Source of the DNA: Felis catus
Lineage: Eukaryota
NCBI RefSeq assembly: GCF_018350175.1
Contig: NC_058382.1
Coordinates: 60,576,001 to 60,640,000 of the forward strand
Direction of reading: 5' to 3'
DNA: 64,000 bases
This document shows, in pieces, positions 1-12,495 of this stretch; positions within the stretch are counted from its first letter, which is position 1; every line of letters begins with the position of its first letter. Position numbers and translations under genes: made by a program. The notes below the pieces were generated by a model that searched no databases, was not told the DNA's origin, and worked only from the letters and a program-made list of their open reading frames with translations.

Positions 1-2751
1 GGGACAGCTGGGACAGCTGGGACAGGCTGGAATCGACAGGTTTTTACTTCCTCCCGGGATTACTTCCCTTGGAGGACACGCTTCCGAGCTTATGTGGCAT
101 TGTCTCTCGGGGTTTGGGGCCGACAAAACGGGGATCTTATGCTTCAATTTAGTGTGTCCCTAGGGCAGTTTTAAATGTTGGTTTTCGCTTCTGCTGCGGG
201 ATCCTTCGCAAGTAGCAGACCTGAAACTCGCTGGTGGTTCTGCAGACGTCGGCAGGTGCCGGTTTTTACGTATCGTGATGTGATATACTGGATGCTGGTC
301 ACGGCAAAGCCAAGGGGAACCGAGAGGCTCAGATGCTGGTGGTGGAGAATCCGCAGCAGCTAAAATTCTACCCAAAAAAGGCAGGACTTCTTATGAAGAA
401 AACGGCCCCCACAAGGGAAGGCCTGGGTGAATGGCAAGATGCTCTTAGCTTAGGAACATGCCCACGGGAGGCCCGGTGGGGGGACAGCGTCTGCAGGCAC
501 GAGGCCGAGCACCTTGGGGAACTCGGAGCGTCGGGGCTTCTGGACCGTGCACCTCCCGGGGGGACGATCCTGGAGGGAGGGGAGTAGCCGGGTTATGAGA
601 CAGCGGCCCCCCGAGAGTGAGACACGCATACCAGAGGTGGCCCCGCATCCCAGAGCCCCTGGCGGAAAAGCCGCCAGCGCCGTGGGCCCCCTCCCCTCAC
701 GCCACCTTGTGCTCTGCCCTACGCGTCGCAGACAGAAACCGCAACTCCGGGCACACCAAAGAGTGGACTGTTAACACAAGGAAGGAAGGAACTCGAGATC
801 ACCCAGAAGAAAAACACAAGCGAGGGCGGCTCCGAGTGGAGCAGGACCCGTGTGCCAGAAAAGAGAAGGAGCCCATTCGATGCCACCACCAGAGTTGAGA
901 GCCAGTAGCCGGGGACAGACGCAGGACCATGAAGGGCTCCCTCCCACGTAAAGAACTTAGCAGAAAAGTGGCCAAGAGTGAGGCCGACCGCCAGAGTTCA
1001 GGGTGGCCAGGAGGCGCGGGGGCCGGCCTTCCAGCCCCAGCTGCCGCCACAGGCACCAGGAGCCCTTTCCACGTACGCAGTTGCCACGTTGAGGGTTTAT
1101 CTTGTGTTTCCCTGGTAACACGGGAACCCGCACGGTGAGAACGAGGTAACGTGGGCGCCTTCATGCTGCCGAGCGAGCGCGGGTTGGTTTCGCTTGGGGG
1201 AAGATACTTAACTTGTAAAACGTTCATTTCCTTTGACCCACCGTTTTGACTTCTCAGGAGTCTGCTCTTAGAAGAAACAAGTTGTCCCTGAACGTAGAAG
1301 GGGTCATTTTAGCATTATAGGTTAGAAACAGCCGATGGTGTAGGAATGTTGGAATTCTGTGGCACGTGGCATGTGGCGTGGATCATCACACGGTCCGGGA
1401 AGACCCCATTTGCACAGCAGGTGCCACGGGGAGGCGCCCCGTTGCAGCCGAGCGCTCACCAGGCGGGTCGTGTGTACAGTGGGTGTGAGTGCACGCGCGA
1501 GTGTTCGTTGTGGCCGACCGAGTGCGGGGGAAGGGAGCGCAGAGGCAGAGAGAGGCTGGCCGTCTCTGGAAAATGGGAGGACAGGATTTTTATTTGTTTC
1601 CTTGTTTGTACTTTCTGTGTTTTTTAAATGAGCTTTATAGTATTTAATTAATAAAGAACTATATCCCGGGACCAGCACACAACTGCTAGTTGTCTGGGAT
1701 CCTATACTTTGGCTCCTTATTAAGGGAGGAGGTTTTGGTTTGTGGGGTGTATCTGTGGGCACAGGGCGCCCTGGCCAGTGCTGGGCCTCCTCCCAAGTTG
1801 GGCTGCTGAGGTCCCTTCTCCCACTTTGTCTCTGCCATGAGCTCCTGGGTGGTGTGGACGGGCTCACCCGTCTAGGACTCAGCCGCCCAGCACCTCCCAC
1901 CGCCTTTAAGGAGGGCTCCCGGGTTCTTCTGCCGGAAGCCTGCCGTCCACCACAGAGTGTGGCTCTCACACTGCAGCCTTGATTCTCTTCCAGGTGACTT
2001 CTGTCCACTTGTGGTTACCACGGATGCAGCCCCGCTGAGATTTGGGGGAGATTGCTCATCGGGCCTGGCAGGGTCCCTCATACTGGCCCGCTAGCCCTCA
2101 GTCCTGACGCTTGCATTAACGGCTGTCACGGAGGAGCACCCCTCTCTGGGCCACTGCCTCCTCCCACCACCCTGCCTCTCCGGCTTTGATCAGGATATTC
2201 TCTGGGTGAATTAAACCAGCCTCTTTAAACCTAAGTCAGACGACAAACGAACCGTTTAAGGCTTGAGTTTCATGATTCGTCAAATCTCTAATGCACGTGA
2301 AAACCGAAAGTGCTTCGTTACCCTTAAATTAAGTATTTGTTGTGCACCTGCGTGCCAGCTCCACAGAGAGCATGTTGGATGGGCCACCTCTGTCCCTGTC
2401 CTCCCCAGAGTTTGTAGCGTGGGTGGGGAAGATAGGAGGTCAGGAAGCAGGTACACCCAAAAAGGTAAGTACCAATGCGGTTAGGTGTCCTGAGGGAGAA
2501 AGATGGGTGTGTCCCCAGGAAGGACGCGTGCGCGGGGAGACCGTTCACGGAGCGAGCTCTGCTGTCTTGTTCGAGATGAGCTCTGCTGTCGGTGGACTGT
2601 TGCCGCCCCCACAGGCGACCCTTTATGTGTCAGGCTTCCCTTGGATAAGGCACTTAACACCGTGATCTCACCTCTTATAAGGCTCCCTTCACCAAACAGC
2701 GGCGCCTTCGTGGAAGGGGTCCCAGCGTTGCTAACATCTCTGTGATTTTAG

Positions 2752-2943
2752 CCGCCAAACTGAGCCACCGAAGAAGGAGGCCGCCGCTGCCGGCCCGCAG
2801 GTGAAGCGAGCAGACGAGTGGAAGGACCCCTGGCGTCGGTCCAAGTCTCCCAAGAAGAAACTCGGGGTGTCCGTCTCCCCCAGCCGGGCCCGAAGGCGTC
2901 GGAAAACATCCGCCTCGTCGGCCTCCGCCTCCAATTCCTCCAG
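2752..2943 (+). CDS. ZC3H18: ZC3H18 coding exon (192 nt)
   Basis: tttag|C...AG|gtaagg; RQTEPPKKEAAAAGPQVKRADEWKDPWRRSKSPKKKLGVSVSPSRARRRRKTSASSASASNSS. Confidence 0.95.
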
Positions 2944-5900
2944 GTAAGGAGGCCGGCTGGTCGGAGTTAGCTGGTTCATCCACGCCACCGGACGGCCACG
3001 CCGCCCCCGCCTGAGGACGGTCTGTGGGACTGCAGGGGTGTCTGTTCCGAGATTATCGAGAAGCTGGGGTGCTAGAGCATCAGCGGCAAACAGAACCGAT
3101 GCTCGGAGCCTCGGAAAGGCTTCACGCCCCCCCAAAATAGACACTTGAGGCCGGCCAGGATGTTGGCGACCCAGCCGGGAGCACGGACCCGGTGAGGGCA
3201 GAGGGGTCAGCCCCTCTCTTTCTGTGAGTCGGGGCTTCTGTGTGTCCACCGGGTCTGAACAAACAGACGAGGGTGCAGCCCCAGGTGGGGGGAGCCTGCG
3301 GTGGTGGACGGAGACCGGAGAGGTCCTGGTGGATCCGGGGTTCTCGTGACGTGCGCCCGGGGCCGACAAGTACGCGTGTGCGTGTGCACAGGTCAGACGT
3401 GCTGTCCGGCACGTGTGGGCGCACCCGTGCTGGCTCCGTCCGCCCGGGGCCCGCGAGCCGCCACCCGGCCATAGCGAGGCCGGCGGGCCGAGGCAGACGG
3501 GCCCCACTCGCGTTCCTGTCTCCGGCACTGCAGGTCCTCGTCGCGGTCGTCCTCTTACTCCGGCTCCGGGTCGTCCCGGTCGCGCTCCCGATCCTCCTCC
3601 TACAGCTCCTACTCCAGCCGGTCTTCCAGACACAGCTCGTTCTCAGGCAGCCGCTCCAGGTACGTCCCGGCCGCCCCACGCGGCCAGTGCGGGCGCCCGA
3701 GGGCGCGGCCTCTGTCTGACGGCGCCCTTCCGGGCTGCCCGGCTGTTCTCGGACGGCGTAAGCTGTGCGTCTCACGCCGTCTTCTGAGGAAGGGCACGAG
3801 GCAAGGTGACGCGGGGTGGGTGCTGCGGGCTCGGACCCGGTGGGAACTAAGGCCACGGCCGGGCCACGGCCCGACCACCCCCTCTGTCCGCTGGGCCCAC
3901 AGCCGCGTGCGACGATCCTCACTCATGCGGAGTGTTGGGCTGTGCGTGAGCCCCGTCTGGGGATGTTACCACTTTTCCGTCGTCACAGGAAGTTCTGCTG
4001 GACGCTTCTGGAAAGATCACACAAGAGGTGTATTTTCCCCATTGAAAATAGACAGGCTCCGGAATCTTAGGGAATTCTTCAGTCATTTGTGTCGGAACAA
4101 AGTCGTCGGTCAGCATGACAGACGGGACCGTTCTGGGGCTCTGTTTCGCTGCTGTTGTGTGCTCCAGCCGCGCCCCCCTCTCCTGCCTGTGGGCAGATGC
4201 CAGCTGCTTGAGGCCCCTTCTGCCTCAGCCCGCCTGCCAGAGACGCCTGGCGGGGAAGCCCAAGCGTTTCCCTTTCTTTCCCTTTCTTTCCCTTAGTCCC
4301 GTTCGGGGTTCAGTTAGGAGAGGAGGGGTCCAAGACCACAGGACGGTGGGGAGTGGAGGACCACCCGTGCAGCGGCCCGCACAGCACCCGGGGTGCACCC
4401 CGCATCCCTGGACGGCCGCGGCCGGAGACATCGTCATCCCAGTCCTTGACCAGGACCACACACAGGCCAGACGCGTGTACACGCACATGCGCGCACACAG
4501 GCCCACACGCAGGCACACGCTCATTTGGGAAGTGTATCACCATGCGTTCTTGGAATAGATTGGTCGGTCCCACGGTGGCGCCCCTTCCTGGCAAACGGTT
4601 GCTTCGGGGCACTTACAGAGATGATTACAGCAGCACTAGGAGATCGCTGGAGCCACCGGACCCGATGGTCGAGATGGTAGCCTGAGTGCAGGACAGGTGG
4701 AGTGGGTTACGTGGGGCCTGTTTTCTGCGGACGTCGGATCTTGTGCAGCCCAAGAGAAAGAACAGCAGCCTGTTTCTGAGGGTGTCTAGAGGGTCAGCTG
4801 TGGGCACTGAGGCCTCACAACCTTGTGGCCAGGGGTTCTAAGCTATACTCGAGGGGTACAGAGGAAGGCTGCAGGTCACGGGGCGATCAGGGAGGGCTAC
4901 CTGTGGGAGGAGAGGTAGAAGACGGAAAGGATACCAACCGGAGCATCAGTGGCAAGAGTCTGTGTGTGTGGCCTCGTTTAGGATACGTGGACGGTGAGCT
5001 GTGGGCCCGAGGCCCCGCTGAGCGATTGGAAAGCTTGGGAAATGCTAGCGGTGCCGGGAGGGCAAGATGTCGCCTGCGGTGTCTCCTCTGCGGGGCCTCG
5101 AAGGCGCTGAGGGGGATGGGCTGGAGGCCCGCGGTGCAGTGAGGCGTCCTTGTCACCGAGCTCTGCAGAGCCACCCCCGGGGACCAGCCCCGTGTCCCAG
5201 ACCCGGTTTCCCTCGTCGGCTTCGGGATCTTCTCACATCACGAATGTAGACGTCTCAGCCGTTTTCACAACATCAGCCACACGTCCTTGGCCACCTGACC
5301 CTCCTCCTCGGGTTGCCACCCACTGCCCGCAGACCCCTCCCCCGTGCACACCCTTAGCGGCCGGGGCTGCGTAGCAGCGCCTCTGAGGACGCCCCAGGCG
5401 GAGGCGCGGGGTCGTGTGGCCTCGCAAGACCTTCCCTCGGGACTCCCACGGTGGGCGGCCCCAGCCGAGCGAGCGTGAGGACAGGAGAGTGCGGCACGTG
5501 TCCGCGCCTCTGTCTGTAAAACCGCCGTGCGGTGACCTCAGGGGCCCAAGGCGTCTAGCTGCTGCTCGTTTGACCGAAAACGTCGCGCGTTTTGCGCCAC
5601 AGTCTCCAGGTCGGGAGAAATCGGCAAACCCGGAGCCTCTCGGAGGCTCCCTCTTCCGGGAGGCTGTGCTGGGTCCCGGGACGGAGGAGGCAGCCTGGCC
5701 GGCCTCAGAGCCTCCCGGCCAGCTCCCCCGTCCTGCTGCTCACGTCGGAGACTGTCTCGGACCGTCCTCCAGCAGGAGCCACCCCCGCCCCGGGCCTCCG
5801 TGCCCGGCTCCCTCGCGCAGCCCTCTGTCCCACCGCTGTCACCGGGCCAGGTCGGGCTGTGTGTGTCCTTGCTGTCCCGCCCACGCGGCTCCCAGGGCGG

Positions 5901-8900
5901 CAGGACCCCCGGCCTGGTGACTCCTTTTCCCGCTGCTGTTTGAGGAGAGGACCGGGAACACCGAAAGCCGTTTTAAATCCGAGGCCGAGACTTGCCATGA
6001 CCTCTTCTGCGAAGGCAGCCAGCGTCCCTGGCCTTGGTCGGGACCGGGGCACCGCAGTGCTCCCTCCTCACATGTCCATTTGCTCTCTAGGTCCCGGTCC
6101 TTTTCCTCGTCCCCGTCCCCGTCCCCAACGCCTTCCCCACACAGACCTTCCGTCAGAACCAAGGGGGAGCCGGCCCCGCCTCCTGGGAAAGCAGGGTAAG
6201 TGCCCCGGGGGTCAGGGCCTCCGCGCTCTCCCTGCCTCCCTCTCTCCCCACCCACCCCTACTGTGAAGAGGCCCCAGTGAGGCCCTAGAAGGGGGGCGGC
6301 GGCGCCAGGAGACCGGGCCGTGGGGGAGGCGGTTCCATCGCCCTCCAGGGGCTGTGTCCGGGACACGTGGAAGGGGGCGGCCGCCACCCCGGGCTCGCCG
6401 TTCACTCTCCCTGCTCCCGGCACATGGGACTAGCGTGGGAAACGGGAGACACCGCGGAGCGCCACAGGCACCACGGCACCTGGCGGGTGGCGCCTAGCCG
6501 AACGCAGGGGGCTCCCCTCCGAGCGCCGCAGGGCCCGGGAGGCTAGTGGTGGGGTCGGCCCCGCGGGCGGGGCGAGGCCGGGGCGCGGCTGGGCACAGGG
6601 GCCCCGCCTGCTCGCCGCCCGACCCCTCGGTGCCCACCGGCCGGGCCACGCCGCGCACGCTCCTGGCGAGCGAGTCCTGAGTAGCCGCTTTTAAAGCGTT
6701 AACGCGAATGGCGTCGAGGGATAACTCACGTCAGCGGCACCACGTCCGTCCAAATTGTGCCACCTGATGTACTTGACAAACGTGGGAGGCCACCCACCGC
6801 AGTCCAGACGCGCCGGCCCGCGGGAGGCTGTCCCCGGCCGGGCCCGCACCGAACCTGACTCGCCCCCGACGCTGGGCCGAGCGGCATGCTTTTTGCCCGG
6901 ACTTTGTTTCCCGAACTGAGTGTTCGCCCCACCCAAACGATTGGCAGAGTATTTCCCCCACACTGACGGGAGCGACCAGCCCTTGGGACCGTTTCCCCTA
7001 CCGCAGCGCGGGCCCCACGCCTGAGCGGGCCGGGCCCGGGGACAGCCCGGAGATGGGCATCCCCAGCAGGCACGGCGCCAGCTGTCGTTCCCGAGGGTTC
7101 CTCAAGGACCCGTCCCCGCCTGTTAGGCCGGGTCTGACCCTCCCCCACCCGTCTCCTGTCACAGAGAGAAGTCCATGAAGAAGCCAGCCCCTCCTCCAGC
7201 CCCACCACAGGCCCCTAAGACCACTGCTCCGGCCCCCGAGCCCGCCAAGCCAGGAGACCCTCGGGAAGCCAGGAGGAGAGAGCGGCCAGCTAGGAGCCCC
7301 CCCAGGAGGTAAGCGAGCGGGCTTCTGGGTGCCCTTCTGGAGATTTCTACGTCTTCGGTGCCAGAGCTGAGGGACTTGCCGGCCCTCGATTTCCCCGCGG
7401 GCGCGCTGGGAGGCGCAAGCCCCTGAGAGGGAAGGTGTGGCCGTGCGGGACGCAGGCGCCCCCTCGACACCAAGGAGTCCCCCGGAGAGAGGCTGCCGGG
7501 GGGCTCGAGCAGAGGCTGGCATCTTTGTTTTGTGGAGAAGCCAGCCTTGAAAGAGCAGAGCCCCTCCCACTCAGGGGAGAGCAGCAGCGCCTGGGCCTGT
7601 GGCTGTGGGGACCGGTGTGGGGGGTGGGGACCGGAGGGACAGGCGGCCGTGGCACCACCTCTCTGTGTTGCAGGCGGACCATCAGTGGCAGCGGCAGCGG
7701 CAGCAGCTACAGCGGCTCTAGTTCCAGATCCAGGTCATTGTCCGCGCCGCCCCAGCCCCAGCCCCACGCGCCCGCCCCCCCCCCCCCCCGAGGTGCTGTG
7801 GGGGCAGCACACGGACCGAGAAGACAAGGCACCTTGGCCGGCAGCCCCACGCCTGCGGAGGTGCTCAGCAGGCCTGAGGCCAGCACGGAGCCCTCCCCGC
7901 CACCCCATGCTTGAGGCACTCGGCCGACGGCCTGTAACCAAATCCGGGAAAAAAATGAGTGGGAAAGAATTCTGCTCTTAAGCTGTTTGGAGGGAAGACC
8001 GTGTGAGACCAGCGCTCGGGTTCCTGGATCGAACTTTCTCTTTGTTTCTAGGCAGCAGGTGGTTTATCCTTTTGCCCACATCTTCCTAAAATAGGTTTAA
8101 AGTCCCAGTGTTCAAGCAAAACTGGGTCCTCCCTTTCTCCCCTGATCGTTTCGGGGTCTGAGGACCTAGGAAGCGGTGGTCAGTGTTTTCTGACGGTGAC
8201 CGGACTCTGCGGCCTGCCACGTGGGGAGTCCTCGTGGCGGGAGCCGTGGGGGCAGCGGCGCCTGCGAGACGGGCCACCGGTCCCGTGCTTCCCTGAGTCC
8301 CGTGCTGGGCCGGGGTGGCCCCTGCTCCGGTGTGCGGTGTGACTGCAGGTCAAAGCCCTCCCCTTCCTCGGGCCTCGGTACCTGGGCCTTCGGCTGTGCC
8401 GTTGCCAGCCTGGCTCCTGCTTCGACGACCCTGCCCGGCAGACAGGGCGGCTGAGCATTAGTGCGAGGGGCCCTCGACTCAGGGACGTGGGCGTCCCTCC
8501 ACCGTGTGGCCCCTCTAAACCACCCGAGCACCCCCTGAAGTCTCAGGTTTTGTGGGTACACGTGCCTCAAAAAGAAACCGGGGAAGGTGGACGTGGAGAC
8601 CCGCTGCCGGCCCCCCGTGGCCTCTCGCCCCCGGCCGTCGTGCGGTCACGGCCACGGGGGTGCAGACGTGCTTGTGTGTGTCCAGGTCCTTGAGCGTGAG
8701 CAGCGTCTCCTCGGTGTCCAGCGCCACGTCGAGTAGCAGCTCGGTGCACAGCGTGGACTCAGACGACATGTACGCAGACCTGGCCAGCCCCGTGTCCTCA
8801 GCCAGTTCGCGGTCCCCCACCCCAGCCCAGACCAAGAAGGAGAAAGGTACAGGGGGCTCCTCGCGTCCTGGGCATTGTGGCTGCAGAGGCGGGCAGGCCC

Positions 8901-11798
8901 TTTGTGGAAAGAGGGTGTGCGCCCGGCCTCGCTTGGTTCAGCAGGAGAGCACAGGGACCCCCCCAGCTTTGACACGCGCGCGTGTTGCCTGGCTGAGAGC
9001 ACATCCCTCCTCCGTGGCCCACGGGAGACCGCCGTGCCAGGATGGCGACCGTGACTTAGCGTTTGTCGTTGGCAGGAAAGTCTAAGAAAGAAGACGGGGT
9101 TAAAGAGGACAAGCGGAAAAGGGACTCATCAGCACAGCTGCCCAAATCCTCGAAGCCTTCTGCAGGCGGGAAACCCCCGCAGCCCGCGGCCCCCCAGCAG
9201 GCGCCCCCCGGGCAGCCCCAGCAGGGCTCATTCGTCGCCCACAAGGAGATCAAGCTGACGCTGCTGAACAAGGTGAGGCCGTGGGCGCTGCTGGTGGTGC
9301 TTCCGGGAGCCCCGCTCGGTGGGGCCGTCCTGTTCGCTGGGGCCGCTTGACTCCTAGGATTAGACCACCGAGGGCCTGGAGTGGTGGCCGCACGTAGCTA
9401 GCTCGTCGTCCTGCCCTGGCCAACTGCCTCACGGGGACGGGGGGATGAAGCCCGGTGGCACACCCTGGGAGATCCGAGCGTCCCAGGGCCGGCGGGTGCT
9501 CCCCCTGGCCCCTCCCCGAACACCCGGGCCCTGCCGACTCCCACAGTGCAGCCCAGGGGCAGGGAGCAAAGTGGACTCGGGCTCTGTGAGCTGACGTCCC
9601 CAAGGCTGCATGGGACTAGAAGGGCGGGAGGCCTTCCCGGGCAGGTGGCCCCCAGGAAACACAGTGTCTGTGCAGGCACCTTCGCTGCAGAGGTTGAAGG
9701 CCCGAAACCCTGGGCCTTGCCCCTCTCGGGGTCCTGTGGGCACCCTGCGTCCGCCCGGGCTGCTTCCGCGTGGTGGCCAGCAGGTCGGGCCGGGGTCCTC
9801 ACCGTGCCCTTCTCTGTCTCAGGCGGCTGACAAAGGGAGCCGGAAGCGGTACGAACCCTCGGACAAAGACAGGCCAAGTCCTCCTCCGGCCAAGCGTGCT
9901 AACTTGTCCCCAGACCGAGGTGAGCCCCAAGCCCTGCAGGGTCCAGTGAGGCCGGGGGGCCTTGAAAGATACCCCCAGGAACCGATCGTGTGGGTACATC
10001 TGTCAGTATCTGACGTGCTAGAGTTAAAGCTAAGAAGGAGATTGCAACGTGTGTTTATGTTAAAATAAAACAGTAGATTATTGTGTTTTAACATAAATAC
10101 CACTTTTTATGAAAAAAATAACTAAATTGCCATAAACAGAAGGTAGTAGGTTTATCATCGTTTTCTTTTTTGAAAACGTCTTCACTGTCTGGATGAGAGG
10201 CGGTGGCTTGGTTCTCCTCTCTTGCGATGGCGCGGGACACACGGACTCTGGGAAGCCTGGTCCGCGAGCGAGCGCAGGGGGCAGGCGGGCCTCGGGGCTG
10301 CCGTAGAAACAGTCTGACCCAGCCGCCCGCACTCAGGCGATCTCTGGAGACCGGTGCAGACTGGAGCTCTGCCAGGGCGTCTCCTCCCTGCTAACCTGGG
10401 CAGGGGGGCCGGCGGGATCCCCGGGGCGCCAGGAGCAGGAGGGGGGCGCCCACCGCACGTGCGCGCCCGGACCGAGAACCGAGTGGCGTGAGAGCCTGTG
10501 TGCTCGGCCCGGCACCGAACCCCCCGCCCGGCGCCCTCTTGCGGGCCCTCCGTTCTCATTGGACAGCAGTGTGACGGACGCCTCCGACTTGGTGGTGTCA
10601 CTTGTGTTTTCCCCGTGTCCTGCTCTGGCGCTGGCTCTGGAAGCACGGAGCCCACGTGGGTTCCCGGGGTCTCACCTCTGACGTCACCCGTGCTGCCCCG
10701 TCCCCTTCCTCTGCCCCTTGCCTCTCCCCGTGAGCTGCCACAGCTCTGGAATGGGGCCGCCGGCGTGCGGGAAGCCCACCGGCCCCGTCCGCATGCGCCA
10801 CCCCGCGCCGCTGGCTCACGCATCATCGAGACTGAGGTCTCACCTCATCCCGTGTCGTCCAGGTTCTCGGGACCGCAAGTCAGGTGGGAGACTCGGCTCC
10901 CCGAAGCCAGAGCGGCAGAGAGGCCAGAATTCTAAGGCACCCGTGGCCCCCCCAGACCGGTGAGTGCCCCACCCCTGCCCTGGGCACACCATGGAGGTGC
11001 TGTCGCCGCAGGGTCAGCTAGCCAGAGCTTCCCTGCCCGGGTGGAGGCCGGCAGAGCCAACCCCACAGCGGGTCCTAGAATGAGGGGGCCCCGGGGGCAC
11101 CAGGCTTTCTGGCGCCCCAGCTCCTCCCGCCTTCCCCGTCGGCCCCGCGAGCAGGAGCAGAGATTGGCTTCTGCCAGGAAACCGGCCGCCTAGCCCCTTC
11201 CCGCACCCCACTACACCCTCGGGCCGGAGGTCCGGATGGGTGCACACTCGGTTATCCGCCCGCACAGCCCCCACCCGCCCCGGCCCTCGGGGCTCCTCCC
11301 GAGTCAGTGTGGGCTTCTCCCCACCACGAGGAGGGAGCGGTGGGACAGGTCAGCAGGTTCCAGGCGAGCCCCGGACGCCGTGTCCCCTCCACCCCACGAC
11401 CCAGGGCCCCTCCCACCGCGGCCAGGCTGGAGCGAGCACTGCCGGCCGGAAGCCCACCTGTCTCCACGGCCGCCAGTGCCCAGCGGGCCCCATCCACCTT
11501 GGGAGGCCCACGGCGTGGGGGCCTGGGGGGACGGCGCTCCGACCCTCTGACGGCCTCTCCCTCCAACCCGCCCACCCCCTGCAGGAAGCGCCAGCTGTCA
11601 CCCCAGTCCAAGAGCTCCAGTAAGGTCACGAGCGTGCCCGGCAAAGCCTCAGACGCCGGCACTGCCACCGCTGTCTCCACCGGCACCAAATCAGGGAAGG
11701 CCAGCACGCTGTCGCGGCGCGAGGAGCTCCTGAAACAGCTCAAAGCCGTGGAGGACGCCATCGCTCGCAAGCGGGCCAAGATCCCCGGGAAGGTGTAG
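2752..11798 (+). CDS. ZC3H18: Zinc finger CCCH domain-containing protein 18, 3' part (last 10 coding exons; 5' exons outside window)
   Basis: join(2752..2943,3534..3659,6091..6195,7165..7308,7674..7733,8686..8846,9076..9272,9823..9919,10863..10959,11585..11798). All introns are GT-AG and the frame is continuous. Translation RQTEPPKKE...KRADEWKDPWRRSKSPKKK...RS/S-rich region...RREELLKQLKAVEDAIARKRAKIPGKV* matches the ZC3H18 C-terminal half. Confidence 0.96.
3534..3659 (+). CDS. ZC3H18: ZC3H18 coding exon (126 nt)
   Basis: ctgcag|G...AG|gtacgt; SSSRSSSYSGSGSSRSRSRSSSYSSYSSRSSRHSSFSGSRS. Confidence 0.95.
6091..6195 (+). CDS. ZC3H18: ZC3H18 coding exon (105 nt)
   Basis: ctctag|G...GG|gtaagt; SRSFSSSPSPSPTPSPHRPSVRTKGEPAPPPGKA. 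Confidence 0.95.
7165..7308 (+). CDS. ZC3H18: ZC3H18 coding exon (144 nt)
   Basis: tcacag|A...AG|gtaagc; EKSMKKPAPPPAPPQAPKTTAPAPEPAKPGDPREARRRERPARSPPR. Confidence 0.95.
7674..7733 (+). CDS. ZC3H18: ZC3H18 coding exon (60 nt)
   Basis: ttgcag|G...AG|gtcatt (weak donor); RTISGSGSGSSYSGSSSRS. Confidence 0.9.
8686..8846 (+). CDS. ZC3H18: ZC3H18 coding exon (161 nt)
   Basis: gtccag|G...G|gtacag; SLSVSSVSSVSSATSSSSSVHSVDSDDMYADLASPVSSASSRSPTPAQTKKEK. Confidence 0.95.
9076..9272 (+). CDS. ZC3H18: ZC3H18 coding exon (197 nt)
   Basis: tggcag|GA...AAG|gtgagg; KSKKEDGVKEDKRKRD...FVAHKEIKLTLLNK. Confidence 0.95.
9823..9919 (+). CDS. ZC3H18: ZC3H18 coding exon (97 nt)
   Basis: tctcag|GCG...G|gtgagc; AADKGSRKRYEPSDKDRPSPPPAKRANLSPDR. 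Confidence 0.95.
10000..10220. mobile_element. hAT-Charlie (Charlie1/MER33-like) DNA transposon fragment
   Basis: AT-rich island in a GC-rich intron. taacataaataccactttttatgaaaaaaataactaaatt...tcactgtctgg resembles the Charlie1-family consensus (recalled, not aligned). Confidence 0.5.
10863..10959 (+). CDS. ZC3H18: ZC3H18 coding exon (97 nt)
   Basis: gtccag|GT...CG|gtgagt; SRDRKSGGRLGSPKPERQRGQNSKAPVAPPD. Confidence 0.95.
11585..11798 (+). CDS. ZC3H18: ZC3H18 last coding exon
   Basis: ctgcag|G; KRQLSPQSKSSSKVTSVPGK...EDAIARKRAKIPGKV, TAG at 11796-11798. Confidence 0.95.
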
Positions 11799-12489
11799 GG
11801 GCCCCGCGGGCTCGGCCCCCCGCCCCCCGCCAGAGTTAGAGACTCTCGTGTTTTTATAAATAGGGTAAGCACAGCCTTCTCGGATTTTGGAGTTAACGTC
11901 TAATTTTGGCTGTGATTCTTTTTAAAAATTAAAAAAGAAAAAAAAAGTTTCTCAGCTGGAAAAGAAGCCACACACACGTAACGAAGATGATGCCGAATCC
12001 CGGTCTCCTCCCCAGCAGACCAGACCGAACCAGCCCCAGCCCAGAGCAGAAGTCCCGAGAGACAGGCAGGCAGGCCGGCCGGCCGGCCGGCGGCAGGAAC
12101 AAGGACACGGCATCAGTTTTATGTAAATTATAAGTCCCAGGCGCCCAGTTCCGCCTGCCCGGGTCTTCCCTGCCCTGTGCCAGCCAGCCTGCCCTGGGCC
12201 GGTCCTCTGCCCGCGCTCCTTCCTGCCCCGGGGTCCCGGGAGCACCTGCTCCTTACCGGCCTCCTCCCCACCCCGCCGCCCCCAGGGTCAGAAAATAGAT
12301 ATATATTCTTGACTGAAGTCCGATTGGGAAATATTTCCTGTCTTTTATTTTAAGCATCAGATTGTTTTAGTTGATTTAAAAAGGAAAAAAAAATATAGAA
12401 AAGACCAAAAAAAAAAAAAAAAAAAAAGACCGAGGGTGTTGTTGGGCGTCTGTCTAATGTGGAGGGTCTTTTTTTGAGGGGTCTCCTAA

Positions 12490-12495
12490 AATAAA
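12490..12495 (+). terminator. ZC3H18 polyadenylation signal AATAAA
   Basis: First AATAAA after the stop codon, at the end of an AT-rich 3'UTR segment with upstream U-tracts. An ATTAAA also occurs near 11928. Confidence 0.75.

Noticed and set aside
1..1250. Additional ZC3H18 exon among the short ORFs at the window start
   Set aside because: No translation resembles the expected upstream RE/RD-rich ZC3H18 sequence; treated as intron. The 9-bp GGGACAGCT triplet at 1-28 is a trivial repeat.
2731..3922. 300-aa and 266-aa minus-strand ORFs
   Set aside because: Antisense to Ser/Arg-rich ZC3H18 exons in very high-GC DNA where stops are rare.
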